NCBI RefSeq assembly: GCF_964204645.1
Contig: NC_134033.1
Location: forward strand, 2,562,131 to 2,626,130
Direction: 5' to 3'
DNA: 64,000 nt
From: Tubulanus polymorphus
Taxonomy: Eukaryota > Animalia > Nemertea
Both the position numbers and the translations under genes were made by a program. Below are positions 50,866-62,619 of the stretch, piece by piece. Position 1 is the stretch's first letter, and each line of letters begins with the position of its first letter. The notes beneath the pieces are model-generated. The model was not told where the DNA came from and made no database searches. It saw nothing but the letters and a program-made list of their open reading frames with translations.

Positions 50866-51995
50866 CTCAGTGGGGTAAGGCGAGATGCATTCACTATCAG
50901 TATTGAGCGGCATCGGGTTCGAGTTCTGCTGCCTGCTTATAGCGTGTGCGGGCTTCGAGTCCTGCTGGCTGCTTATAGAGTGTGCGGGCAACACTTCGCA
51001 GACCTTGGTCCGGTCGGGATAGAATCTCGGGGGGGGGGGGGGGCAGACTTGGGAAAACCAATCCGGTGTTGAATCACAAATCCAGCTTCCCATCCTAATG
51101 TAAACGATGGTAATAATTAACCCAACAGGGTTAGTGTGGTGAAATTAAGATCCAACTGACGTAAAGCGCTGAGGTACAAGCAGGTTCTAGTCCTGCTGGC
51201 TGTGTACAGTGTACGGGTCCTTAATCCCATCCTGAAGGAAAACCGTGTTAAATGAACCCAACAGGGTTAGTATGTGGTGAAACCAAGATCCAACTCTAAA
51301 GCAAGATGAACTCTTATTTGAAATAAAACTTTATTAATATCACTAAAACTGTACCATTTAATCAATTCTCTTCACTTGATATTAATGTTGTTGAAACTTT
51401 AAACAAGAAAACTAACTAACTCAGTTTATTGAAGCCTTGAACGATAAAATGCATTGCTTAATATTGTCGAAAATGAATTACTGAGCGTTTTTGTTAAAAA
51501 CAGGGCGGATTTGACGAAAATATGGTCAATATACCAGGTCTAAACCGCATCTGCGGTGCATATCGCATTCAGATTTCAATGGTCACATTTAGGTAGTGAA
51601 TTTATATCGACAATTTAATGTTGTCCTAATTGCGATCGAAATTCATTTTAAAGAAGACATAGAAATTCATCAGATAGAAAATAATATTCGGGCCACATTC
51701 AGCAAGATACGACGCTCGATAATCACTAATCATTTTTTTTTTACATTTTTACACTATTCGTTTTAACGCCACGTTACAACCAACCTTTCGGGGAGACCAA
51801 CTCAAAAAATCAAACGAAATCATCGACCAATCAAATAAATTATAGGGTCAATCCGTATTTTAATATATAGAAAGAATTAGCCTTTCGTTTTTACTTCGAA
51901 TCAGCAAATATGGTTTCAACAAAAAAAAACAGGTTAAACCCGAAAAGACCACGTTACAACGAACAACTGATCTTTCTTAAAATTTTTAAGTAGTG

Positions 51996-52528
51996 ACCAC
52001 GAGTTCTACTGTAGTCATTACAGTAATATTGACAACACTGTCATGGTTCAAATATACAGATCTGTTGCGGTATTTATTCGGGATATAGTCCCGGCTTTGA
52101 TTGTAGTAACAACATCAGTGGCAACTGCTAGAATTCGCCGGGGAGGTAAAACACGTATTGGCGCCTCAGTCGGCAACAGTCGTCATAAAACTGAAACCAG
52201 TAAAACACTCCTACTAATACTTCTTGTTTATCTGGTACTAGTTCTACCATACGCTATATGTGACTGTACGGACAAGTTGGCCAGTTTGGTGTCCTCGTTA
52301 GTGCAGAAAATTAATGGCTTCAAAATCACTTTTAGAACAACCCCCATCATTTTCTTCTTTGTTAGGATGCTGTGGAATATATTAGCCCGGATATTAACGC
52401 TTCCTCGACAGTGCGTTTTCTGCGTGAATTTCTTTATATACGTAACAACGCTGAAAGTTTTCCGACACAAACTTGTCGGTGTTTTCCGCTGTAACTGTCG
52501 CCGAACGGTTCCGAGTCAGTCCCAGTAG
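51996..52528 (+). pseudogene. GPCR copy 5: 5'-deleted fragment (ECL2 to C-terminus)
   Basis: Spacer sequence (…tttttaagtagtga) joins directly to ECL2 coding sequence (accacgagttctactgt). The proximal spacer and TM1-TM4 are absent. Confidence 0.9.
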
Positions 52529-54554
52529 TCAGTGGGATAAGGCGAGATGCATTCACTATCAGTGTTGAGCGGTATCGGGTTCGAGTCCTGCTGCCTGCTT
52601 ATAGTGTGTGCGGGCTTCGAGTCCTGCTGGCTGCTTATAGAGTGTGCGGGCAACACTTCGCGGACCTTGGTCCCGTCGGAATAGAATCTCGGGGGGGGGG
52701 GGCAGTCTTGGGAAAACCAATCCGGTGTTGAATCACAAATCCAGCTTCCCATCCTAATGTAAACGATAGTAATAATTAACCCAACAGGGTTAGTGTGGTG
52801 AAATTAAGATCCAACTGACGTAAAGCGCTGAGTTACAAGCAGGTTCTAGTCCTGCTGGCTGTGTACAGTGTACGGGGCCTTAATCCCATCCTGAAGGTAA
52901 ACCGTGTTAAATGAACCCAACAGGGTTAGTATGTGGTGAAACCAAGATCCAACTCTAAAGCAAGATAAACTCTTATTTGAAATAAAACGTTATTAATATC
53001 GCTAAAACTGTACCATTTAATCAATTCTCTTCACTTGATATTAATGTTGTTGAAGCTTTAAACAAGAAAACTAACTAGCTCAGTTTATTGAAGCCTTGAA
53101 CGATAAAATGCATTGCTTAATATTGTCGAAAATGAATTACTGAGCGTTTTTGTTAAAAACAGGGCGGATTTGACGAAAATATGGTCAATATACCAGGTCT
53201 AAACCGCATCTGCGGTGCATATCGCATTCAGATTTCGATGGTCACATTTAGGTAGTGAATTTATATCGACAATTCAATGTTGTCCTAATTGCGATCGAAA
53301 TTCATTTTAAAGAAGACATAAAAATTCATCAGATAGAAAATAATATTCGGGCCACATTCAACAAGATACGACGCTCGATAATCACTAATCATTTTTTTTT
53401 TTACATTTTTACACTATTCGTTTTAACGCCACGTTACAACCAACCTTTCGGGGAGACCAACTCAAAAAAATCAAACGAAATCATCGACCAATCAAATAAA
53501 TTATAGGGTCAATCCGTATTTTAATATATAGAAAGAATTAGCCTTTCGTTTTTACTGCGAATCAGCAAATATGGTTTCAACAAAACAAAAACAAGTTAAA
53601 CCCGAAAAGACCACGTTACAACGAACAACTGATCTTTCTTAAAATTTTTAAGTAGTGATTGACCCTGAAGTTCATTTAATTGATAGATTTCGCTTGATTT
53701 GTTTCGATTTGATCGGTGTCCCTTACAGACCCACCCACGACACCTGCCGGGAACGAAACAGGGGGTTCGAATTAGAAATCAGCAATCGAAGTACAGATAT
53801 AGTTGGCGATATATATCCGATCGGTTGTCGGATTTACAGAATTTTTTCGTTTAAATCGGAGTTCGTAATTGGAACTGGTTTAAACATGGCTCAAAACGAG
53901 AAAAATGTGGCGTTATGGCGGCTAGAAACTTTAAAACGGTTACTGAATCTTACATTCAACGCGCGCTCTTTCAGTTACTTTTTACTTTCTTGGTCATATC
54001 TCTGTAAACTAGCTGTCAATAAATTTGTTGCGAAGTTAGACATTTTTCGCGAAATGGATCCTCGGACACACTGGTGATTCAAAGAGTTTCCGATTGCGAC
54101 AACAAGAAACTAGGGTTTGGATTTTGAAAATCGATCGGAAATCGAAGCACGGATAGCTGGACGTTTTAGCATTGGTTCTGGATATTCAAAGTTATGCTGC
54201 AGCTTTAGTAGTGAATATATATAGTTTAAATTCCTTTCATATTGTCGCATCAAACCACGAAATAGAACATGTTATATGTATATACATATTTCTGCGCGTG
54301 ATTTCAAAAATAATACACGACGAGAAATATGTTCACAGTTCGTCTGTAATTTGCATGTTGCTGCATAAAGCCGACAGATTCGAAGCGCGTTCGACAACCA
54401 TGTACGGAAAAAAACAGGGAGTGTCAATCTAAAGAGCTTACCGGCAGTCTGACGTGAGGGAATGAGAGAGGGAGGAGAGATATTGTAAACTCGATGCTAC
54501 GTAGAACTGAATCAGTTGACGCGAAGGAGGAAAACAAGTGATTTCTCAAACGCG

Positions 54555-55754
54555 ATGAGAAACTTTACGCTACCGACGCGGCCGCCACCTCCGACACCGC
54601 CGCCGTTTATCATGGCTTTCGTATATTTTCTCAACGAATACAATGTTGTATGGCGCGTTAAAAACGCTGAAGTATTGTTCCTGTATCCGCTGGGAAGCGT
54701 GTTCAACTTTCTGACGATCATTTTACTGATAAAGTGTCGCAGATTTCAGTCAGTTCGTTACACGTTCCCCTATCTCATAACTATAGCGTTTTCGGATCAA
54801 CTTGTCGTATTGTTTGGTTTAAGATCATTCGCCGACACCATCGTGTTATCCATTACCCGTGGATTAGGATACTATCCGGAATGCAAGAGTTGGACTCTAC
54901 TTGGGCGTCAAAAGGGCATCGCATCATGTCCATCGATTTACTATTATTGGCATTATTTCTATCGTGTAATTGAACGGAATACTCCGGTTTGTTACATCGA
55001 TAATTTGTTCAATAATCAAGCGATCACTGTGTCTAATTATATCATTGTTGTGATTTCTATTGAGAGATTTGTCTCCGTTCGTTTTCCTTTTTTTCACATG
55101 CAACATTTCACAGAAACTCGCCGTAGATTCGCCATCCTAATTGTGATCGTTTTTGCGACCGTTTTGAACTTGGATCTGCCGATAATATATCGAATTAGGT
55201 TAATAAAAAGGAATGATGGTGGCTTCTATGAGTTCTACTGTAGTTATAATGATCCTGACATTATTTTAACGGTTCAAACATACAGATCTGTTGCGGTATT
55301 TATTCGGGATATAGTCCCGGCTTTCATTGTAGTAACAACATCAGTGGCAACTGCTAGAATTCGCCGGGGAGGTAAAACACGTATTGGCGCCTCAGTCGGC
55401 AACAGTCGTCATAAAACTGAAACCAGTAAAACACTTCTACTAATAGTTCTTGTTTATCTGGTACTAGTAATGCCATACGCTATATGTGACTGTACGAACA
55501 AGTTGGGCAGTTTGGTGTCCTTGTTAGTGCAGAGAATTAATGGCTCCAAAACCAATCGTAGAGAAACCCCCATCATTCGATTCTTTGTTAGGATGCTGTG
55601 GAATATATTAGCCCGGATATTAACGTTTCCTCGACAGTGCGTTTTCAGCGTGAATTTCTTTATATACGTAACAACACAGAGAGTTTTCCGACGCAAACTT
55701 GTCGGTGTTTTCCGCTGCACCTGTCGGCGAACGGTTCCGAGTCAGTCCCAGTAG
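54555..55754 (+). CDS. Class A GPCR, copy 6 (399 aa)
   Basis: ATG homologous to the other copies (MRNFT); full 7TM frame. Confidence 0.92.
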   Translation: MRNFTLPTRPPPPTPPPFIMAFVYFLNEYNVVWRVKNAEVLFLYPLGSVFNFLTIILLIKCRRFQSVRYTFPYLITIAFSDQLVVLFGLRSFADTIVLSITRGLGYYPECKSWTLLGRQKGIASCPSIYYYWHYFYRVIERNTPVCYIDNLFNNQAITVSNYIIVVISIERFVSVRFPFFHMQHFTETRRRFAILIVIVFATVLNLDLPIIYRIRLIKRNDGGFYEFYCSYNDPDIILTVQTYRSVAVFIRDIVPAFIVVTTSVATARIRRGGKTRIGASVGNSRHKTETSKTLLLIVLVYLVLVMPYAICDCTNKLGSLVSLLVQRINGSKTNRRETPIIRFFVRMLWNILARILTFPRQCVFSVNFFIYVTTQRVFRRKLVGVFRCTCRRTVPSQSQ

Positions 55755-57805
55755 TCAGTGGGATAAGGCGAGATGCATTCACTATCAGTGTTGAACGGCA
55801 TCGGGTTCGAGTCCTACTGCCTGCTTATAGCGTGTGCGGGCTTCGAGTCCTGCTGGCTGCTCATAGAGTGTGCGGGCAACACTTCGCAGACCTTGGTCCC
55901 GTCGGGATAGAATCTCGGGGGGGGGGGGGCAGTCTTGGGAAAACCAATCCGGTGTTGAATCACAAATCAAGCTTCCCATCCTAATGTAAACGATGGTAAT
56001 AATTAACCCAACAGGGTTAGTGTCGTGAAATTAAGATCCAACTGACGTAAAGCGCTGAGTTACAAGCAGGTTCTAGTCCTGCTGGCTGTGTACAGTGTAC
56101 GGGGCCTTAATCCCATCCTGAAGGTAAACCGTGTTAAATGAACCCAACAGGGTTAGTATGTGGTGAAACCAAGATCCAACTCTAAAGCAAGACAAACACT
56201 AATTTGAAATAAAACGTTATCAATATCACTAAAACTGTACCATTTAATCAATTCTCTTCACTTGATATTAATGTTGTTGAAGCTTTAAACAAGAAAACTA
56301 ACTAACTCAGTTTATTGAAGCCTTAAACGATAAAATGCATTGCTTTATATTGTCGATAATGAATAACTGAGCGTTTGTGTTAAAACAGGGGGATTAAACG
56401 AATATGATACCAGGACTCAACTACATCGGCGGTGCATGTCGTATTCAGATTTCACACTGGTTGCATTTTGGTAGTAAATTTATATCGAATATTCAATTCA
56501 ATGTTGTCCTAATTGCGATCGAAATTCATCTTAAAGAGAACATAAAAATTCATCAGAAAGACAATAAGATTCGGGCCATATTAAATAAGATACGACACTC
56601 GACCTTCACTAATCTTTTTTTTTACATTTTTACACTATTCGTTTTAACGCCACGTTAAAACCACCAACCTTTCGAGGAGACCAACTCAAACAAAAACAAA
56701 CAAACGAAATCGACCGATCAAGTTATAGGGTCAATCCGTATTTTCAGATGAAGAAAATTCTAACCTATCGTTTTTTACTGCGAATTAAGAAAATATCGTT
56801 TCAATAAAAAAAACCAGGTTAAACCCGAAAAGACCACGTTACAACGAACAACTGATCTTTCTTAAAATCTTAAAGTAGTGATGAACCCTGATGTTCATTT
56901 AATTAGGTAGATTTCACTTGATTTGTTTCGATTTGATCAGTGTCCCTTACAGACCCACCCACGACAACTGCCGGGAACGAAACAGGGGGTTCGAATTAGA
57001 AATCAGCAAAGCAATCGAAGTGCAGATATAGTTGGCGATATATATCCGATCGGTTGTCGGATTTACAGATTTTTTTCGTTTAAATCGGAGTTCGTAATTG
57101 GAACTGGTTTAAACATGGCTCAAAACGAGAAAAAATGTGGCGTCATGGCGGCTAGAAACTTTAAAACGGTTACTAAATCTTACATTCAACGAGCGCTCTT
57201 TCAGTTACTTTTTACTTACTTGGCCATATCTCTGTAAACTAACTGTCGATAAATTTGTAGCGAAGGTAGACATTTTTCGCGAAATGGATCCTCGGACACA
57301 CTGGTGGTTCAAAGAGTTTTCGATTGCGACAACAAGAAACTAAGGTTTGGATTTTGAAAATCGATCGGAAATCGAAGCACGGATAGCTGGACGTTTTAGC
57401 ATCGGTTCTGGATATTCAAAGTTATGCTGCAGCTTTAGTAGTGAATATATATAGTTTAAATTCCTTTCATATTGTCGCATCAAACCACGAAATAGAACAT
57501 GTTATATGTATATACATATTTCTGCGCGTGATTTCAAAAATAATACACGACGAGAAATATGTTCACAGTTCGTCTGTAATTTGCATGTTGCTGCATAAAG
57601 CCGACAGATTCGAAGCGCGTTCAACAACCATGTACGGAAAAAACAGGGAGTGTCAATCTAAAGAGCTTACCGGCAGTCTGACGTGAGGGAATGAGAGAGG
57701 GAGGAGAGATATTGTAAACTCGATGTTACGTAGAACTGAATCCGTTGACGCAAAGGAAGAAAACTTCAAGTTATTTCTCAAACGCTCGTGAGAGATTTAT
57801 ATACG

Positions 57806-59062
57806 ATGAGAAATTTTACGCTGCAGCCGCTACCGCAGCTACTACCGACACGACAGCTACTACCGACACGACAGCTACTACCGACACGGCAACCACCTTC
57901 GCTGCCGCCGCCGTTTATCAGGGCTTTCGATAAATTTCTCAACGAATACAATGTTTTAATACGCGTTGATATCGCCGAAGTATTGTTCCTGTATCCGTTA
58001 GGAAGCGTGTTCAACTTTCTGACAATCATTTTACTGATAAAGTGTCGCAGATATCAGTCAGTTCGTTACACGTTCCCCTATCTCATAACACTAGCGTTTT
58101 CGGATCAACTTGTCGTGTTGTTTGGTTTAAGATCATTCGCTCACACCATTGTGTTAAACATAACCCGTGGATTAGGATACTATCCGGAATGTAAAAGTTG
58201 GACACTACTTTTGCGTCAAAAGGGCGTCGCATCATGTCCATCGATTTACTATTATTGGCATTATTTCTATCGTGTAATTGAACGGTATACTCCGGTTTGT
58301 TACATCGATAATTTGTTCAAAAATCAAGCGATCACTGTGTCTAATTATATCATTGTTGTGATTTCTATCGAGAGATTTGTCTCCGTTCGTTTTCCTTTTT
58401 TTCACATGCAACATTTCACAGAAACACGACGTAGATTCGCCGTAATAATTGTAGTCGCTTTTGCCTTCATTTTAAACTTGGATTTACCGATGTTTAATCG
58501 AATTAGGTTATCAAAGATTGGCTTATACTTATGTAGGTATAATAATCCCGACAACACTCTCATGGTTCAAACATACAGATCTGTTGCGGTATTTATTCGG
58601 GATATAGTCCCGGCTTTGATTGTAGTAATAACATCAGTGGCAACTGCTAGAATTCGCCGGGGAGGTAAAACACGTATTGGCGCCTCAGTCGGCAACAGTC
58701 GTCATAAAACTGAAACCAGTAAAACACTTCTACTAATAGTTCTTGTTTATCTGTTACTAGTAATGCCATACGCTATATGTGACTGTACGAACAAGTTGAG
58801 CAGTTTGGTGTCCTCGTTAGTGTATAGAATTAATGGCTTTGAAATCACTTTTAGAACAACCCCGATCATTTTCTTCTTTGTTAGGATGCTGTGGGATATA
58901 TTAGCCCAGATATTAACGCTTCCTCGACAGTGCGTTTTCTGCGTGAATTTCTTTATATACGTAACAACGCTGAGAGTTTTTCGACGCAAACTTGTCGGTG
59001 TTTTCCGCTGTAACTGTCGCCGAACGATTCTGAGTCAGTCCCGCGGTAGCTCAGCGGGATAA
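57806..59062 (+). CDS. Class A GPCR, copy 7 (418 aa)
   Basis: ATG MRNFT at 57806; full 7TM frame. Confidence 0.92.
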   Translation: MRNFTLQPLPQLLPTRQLLPTRQLLPTRQPPSLPPPFIRAFDKFLNEYNVLIRVDIAEVLFLYPLGSVFNFLTIILLIKCRRYQSVRYTFPYLITLAFSDQLVVLFGLRSFAHTIVLNITRGLGYYPECKSWTLLLRQKGVASCPSIYYYWHYFYRVIERYTPVCYIDNLFKNQAITVSNYIIVVISIERFVSVRFPFFHMQHFTETRRRFAVIIVVAFAFILNLDLPMFNRIRLSKIGLYLCRYNNPDNTLMVQTYRSVAVFIRDIVPALIVVITSVATARIRRGGKTRIGASVGNSRHKTETSKTLLLIVLVYLLLVMPYAICDCTNKLSSLVSSLVYRINGFEITFRTTPIIFFFVRMLWDILAQILTLPRQCVFCVNFFIYVTTLRVFRRKLVGVFRCNCRRTILSQSRGSSAG

Positions 59063-60372
59063 GGCGACGATTCCCTTAAAAAGTCCTAAGCTTTGTTCGT
59101 ATATGGACGATTCCACACTCTGTAGGAAGGTCGAAACATTGTCTCTGTTTCATTACAAGTTAGAAGAAATATTTCCATTTAAAAAGCGAGCGTGAAGTAA
59201 AAAATGCAGTGAAAACAACATTTGCCGGTCAAAAATGGTTGCGCTTTAAAACAAACAGAAATCCTACTTACCAAACAATGATTATTGCCAACGACCTTCA
59301 GACTTCTGTGCGCACTTCCTTTTATGGTTTCCAGATTCAGTTGATGAGATAATCCCGAGTCTAATTTCCTCAAGTTATGGATGGAAAACGTTAGCGAACT
59401 TTAAAAATGTATATTCCGATAAGGTAACTCGCTTGTCGTGTGGACTGAAGACCGCGGGAACAACATTGAATAACACCGCGTCAAAATAACTATATTCGAA
59501 ATTGAGAACACTGAAATTGTAGGCGTGATTCAAGAAGTCGTCAGTTGTTTTCAATCGCTCTCATGTCGCGTAGTTGCAAATTAGCGAAATGAATTTCATC
59601 TCCCTGAAAACTAGACATTAACGCGATTTTGAATGCGACCAGTTTGAAAATAGTTTTAAAAATCGATCTCGGGACCTATGAAATATAAATAAACACGTGG
59701 TACAAATATTTTCTCAAAAGAAACGGCACAACAAACAGGGTCTTGTTCGACAGTCATGAGTAAGAGTTAACTCTGAGTTAAAATCAGTTCATTTTCAATG
59801 AGTTAACTCTGAGTCAGGTACTGAATCCAGGACAGAAGTACCCTAACAAAATGGCGGCTAGTAATTGGTTACTAAAACTTATATCCAATGCGCGCTCATT
59901 CAAATACTTTTTCCTTACTTGGCTATCTCTATCTAAACTGTCTGTACATTTGTTGCGAGCGTCAATTTTATTTCAAAACACCATATTATACGTTTTAGGA
60001 AGGACAGTGTTCTGTGTCGTGGTTCGTGTAGTTGAATGCAGCGGTGAAGGATATATGAGGGACTGGTACAAAGTGACCGGTCACCTGTTTATTGTAATAA
60101 TGCGACAAACACGACCGAGCATCTGGCGAAACGTCCAGTGTGGCGAAAACGCGGCCGATTTTAAAAATCGCGAAAACATCTCTAAAAATTGTCAAGTCAG
60201 ATTATCGAATCAAATAAACAAAGTTCTACAAGATTATTCTCAATATTTCAGGTATATTGATTATAAATCAATTTTCAACCACGTGTGACCGTTATAACGA
60301 CAGTTGGGATAACATCAATCACGACAGATCATTCAGATGTCACCCGATGCCTCGAAGCGAAATTGATGACAA

Positions 60373-60445
60373 GCCTCCATAGCTGAGGGGTTAGAGTACT
60401 GGTCTTGTAAACCGGGGGTCGAGAGTTTAAATCTCTCTGTGGGAA
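60373..60445 (+). pseudogene. tRNA-Thr(TGT) pseudogene
   Basis: Homologous to 42644-42716 with damaged D-stem, T-loop (TTT for TTC) and acceptor stem, and no T-run terminator. Confidence 0.8.
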
Positions 60446-60487
60446 TTTGTTTAGACTGGTGGTTCAAAGAGTTGTCGATTGCGGGAA

Positions 60488-60550
60488 TGAACGCTAGGGG
60501 TCGACTGTGAACGCTAGGGGTCGACTGTGAACGCTAGGGGTCGACTGTGA
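60488..60550. repeat. 20-bp tandem repeat x3 (tgaacgctaggggtcgactg)
   Basis: Directly visible. Confidence 0.9.
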
Positions 60551-60612
60551 AAATCGAAGTGCGTATAGCGAGAAGCTATACGTATAAAGTGATGATGTAG
60601 GTTTAATGGTGA

Positions 60613-60789
<177 letters not shown>

Positions 60790-61072
60790 ACATATAGTTA
60801 AATTCCTCTCATATTGTCGCATGTATATACATATATCTGCGTGTGATTTAAAAAACAAAATACACGACGAGAAATATGTTCACCGTTCGTCTGTAATTTG
60901 CATGTTGCTGCATAAAGCCGACAGATTCGAAGTGCATTTAACTACCATGTACGGGAAAAACAGGGAGTGTCAATCTAAAGAGCTTATCGGTGGAGAGATA
61001 TCGTAAACTCGATGCTACGTAGAACTGAATCAGTTGATGCGAAGGAGGAAAACAAGTTATTTCTCAAACGCG

Positions 61073-62293
61073 ATGAGAAACTTTACGCTACCGACGCGGC
61101 CGCCACATCCGCCACGGCCACAATCGCCGCCGTTTATCAGGGCTTTCGTACATTTTCTCAACGAATACAATGTTGTATGGCGCGTTAAAATCGCTGAAGT
61201 ATTATTAATATATCCACTGGGAAGCGTGTTTAACTTTCTGACGATCATTTTACTGATAGTGTGTCGCAGATTTCAGTCAGTTCGTTACACAATCCCCTAT
61301 CTCATAACTCTCGCGTTTTCGGATCAACTTGTCGTATTGTTTGGTTTACGATCATTTGCTCACATCATCGTGTTAACCATAACAGATGGATTAGGATATC
61401 ATCCGGATTGTAAAAGTTGGACTCTATTTGGGCGTCAAAAGGGCGTCGCATCATGTCCATCGATTTACTATTATTGGCATTATTTCTATCGAGTAATTGA
61501 ACGGTATACTCCAGTTTGTTACATCGATAATTTGTTCAATAATCAAGCGATCACTGTGTCTAATTATATCATTGTTGTGATTTCTATCGAGAGATTTGTC
61601 TCCGTTCGTTTTCCTTTTTTTCACATGCAACATTTCACAGTAACTCGCCGCAGATTCGCCATCATAATTGTGATCGTTTTTGCGACCGTTTTGAACTTGG
61701 ATCTGCCGATACTATATCGGATTAGGTTAATAAAAAGGAATGATGGTGGCTTCTATGAGTTCTACTGTAGTTATAATGATCCTGACATTATTTTAATGAA
61801 ACAAACATACAGATCTGTCGCGGTATTTATTCGGGATATAGTCCCGGCTTTGATTGTAGTAATAACATCAGTGGCAACTGCTAGAATTCGCCGGGGAGGT
61901 AAAACACGTATTGGCGCCTCAGTCGGCAACAGTCGTCATAAAACTGAAACCAGTAAAACACTTCTACTAATAGTTCTTGTTTATCTGGTACTAGTAATGC
62001 CATACGCTATATGTGACTGTACGGACAAGTTGGCCAGTTTGGTGTCCTTGTTAGTGCAGAGAATTAATGGCTCCAAAACCAATCGTAGAGAAACCCCCAT
62101 CATTCGATTCTTTGTTAGGATGCTGTGGAATATATTAGCCCGGATATTAACGCTTCCTCGACAGTGCGTTTTCTGCGTGAATTTCTTTATATACGTAACA
62201 ACGCTGAAAGTTTTCCGACACAAACTTGTCGGTGTTTTCCGCTGTAACTGTCGCCGAACGATTCCGAGTCAGTCCCATTTGTCAGTGGGATAA
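61073..62293 (+). CDS. Class A GPCR, copy 8 (406 aa; alternative in-frame ATG at 61037)
   Basis: Full 7TM frame; ECL2 and ECL3 are shared with copy 6. Confidence 0.92.
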   Translation: MRNFTLPTRPPHPPRPQSPPFIRAFVHFLNEYNVVWRVKIAEVLLIYPLGSVFNFLTIILLIVCRRFQSVRYTIPYLITLAFSDQLVVLFGLRSFAHIIVLTITDGLGYHPDCKSWTLFGRQKGVASCPSIYYYWHYFYRVIERYTPVCYIDNLFNNQAITVSNYIIVVISIERFVSVRFPFFHMQHFTVTRRRFAIIIVIVFATVLNLDLPILYRIRLIKRNDGGFYEFYCSYNDPDIILMKQTYRSVAVFIRDIVPALIVVITSVATARIRRGGKTRIGASVGNSRHKTETSKTLLLIVLVYLVLVMPYAICDCTDKLASLVSLLVQRINGSKTNRRETPIIRFFVRMLWNILARILTLPRQCVFCVNFFIYVTTLKVFRHKLVGVFRCNCRRTIPSQSHLSVG

Positions 62294-62619
62294 GGCGAGA
62301 TGCATTCACTATCAGTGTTGAGCGGTATCGGGTTCGAGTCCTGCTGCCTGCTTATAGCGTGTGCGGGCTTCGAGTCCTGCTGGCTGCTTATTGTGTGCGG
62401 GCAACACTTCGCAGACCTTGGTCCCGTCGGGTTATAATCCCGTGGGGTAAGCATTGGGAAAACTAATTCAGTGCTGAGTTACAAGCTGGTTCTAGTCCTG
62501 CTGGCTGTGTACAGTGTACGGGGCCTTAATCCCATCCTGAAGGTGAAACCATGATAAATGGATAACCCAACAGGGTTAGTATGTTGTGAAACCAAGATCC
62601 AACTGACGTAAAGCAAGAT

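Noticed and set aside
42147-60288. Recurring spacer ORFs (42147, 48504, 59851; 45694, 53655; 49188, 54172, 57441)
   Set aside because: Mostly non-ATG starts, with indels and stops differing among copies and no domain; they recur because the spacer is duplicated.
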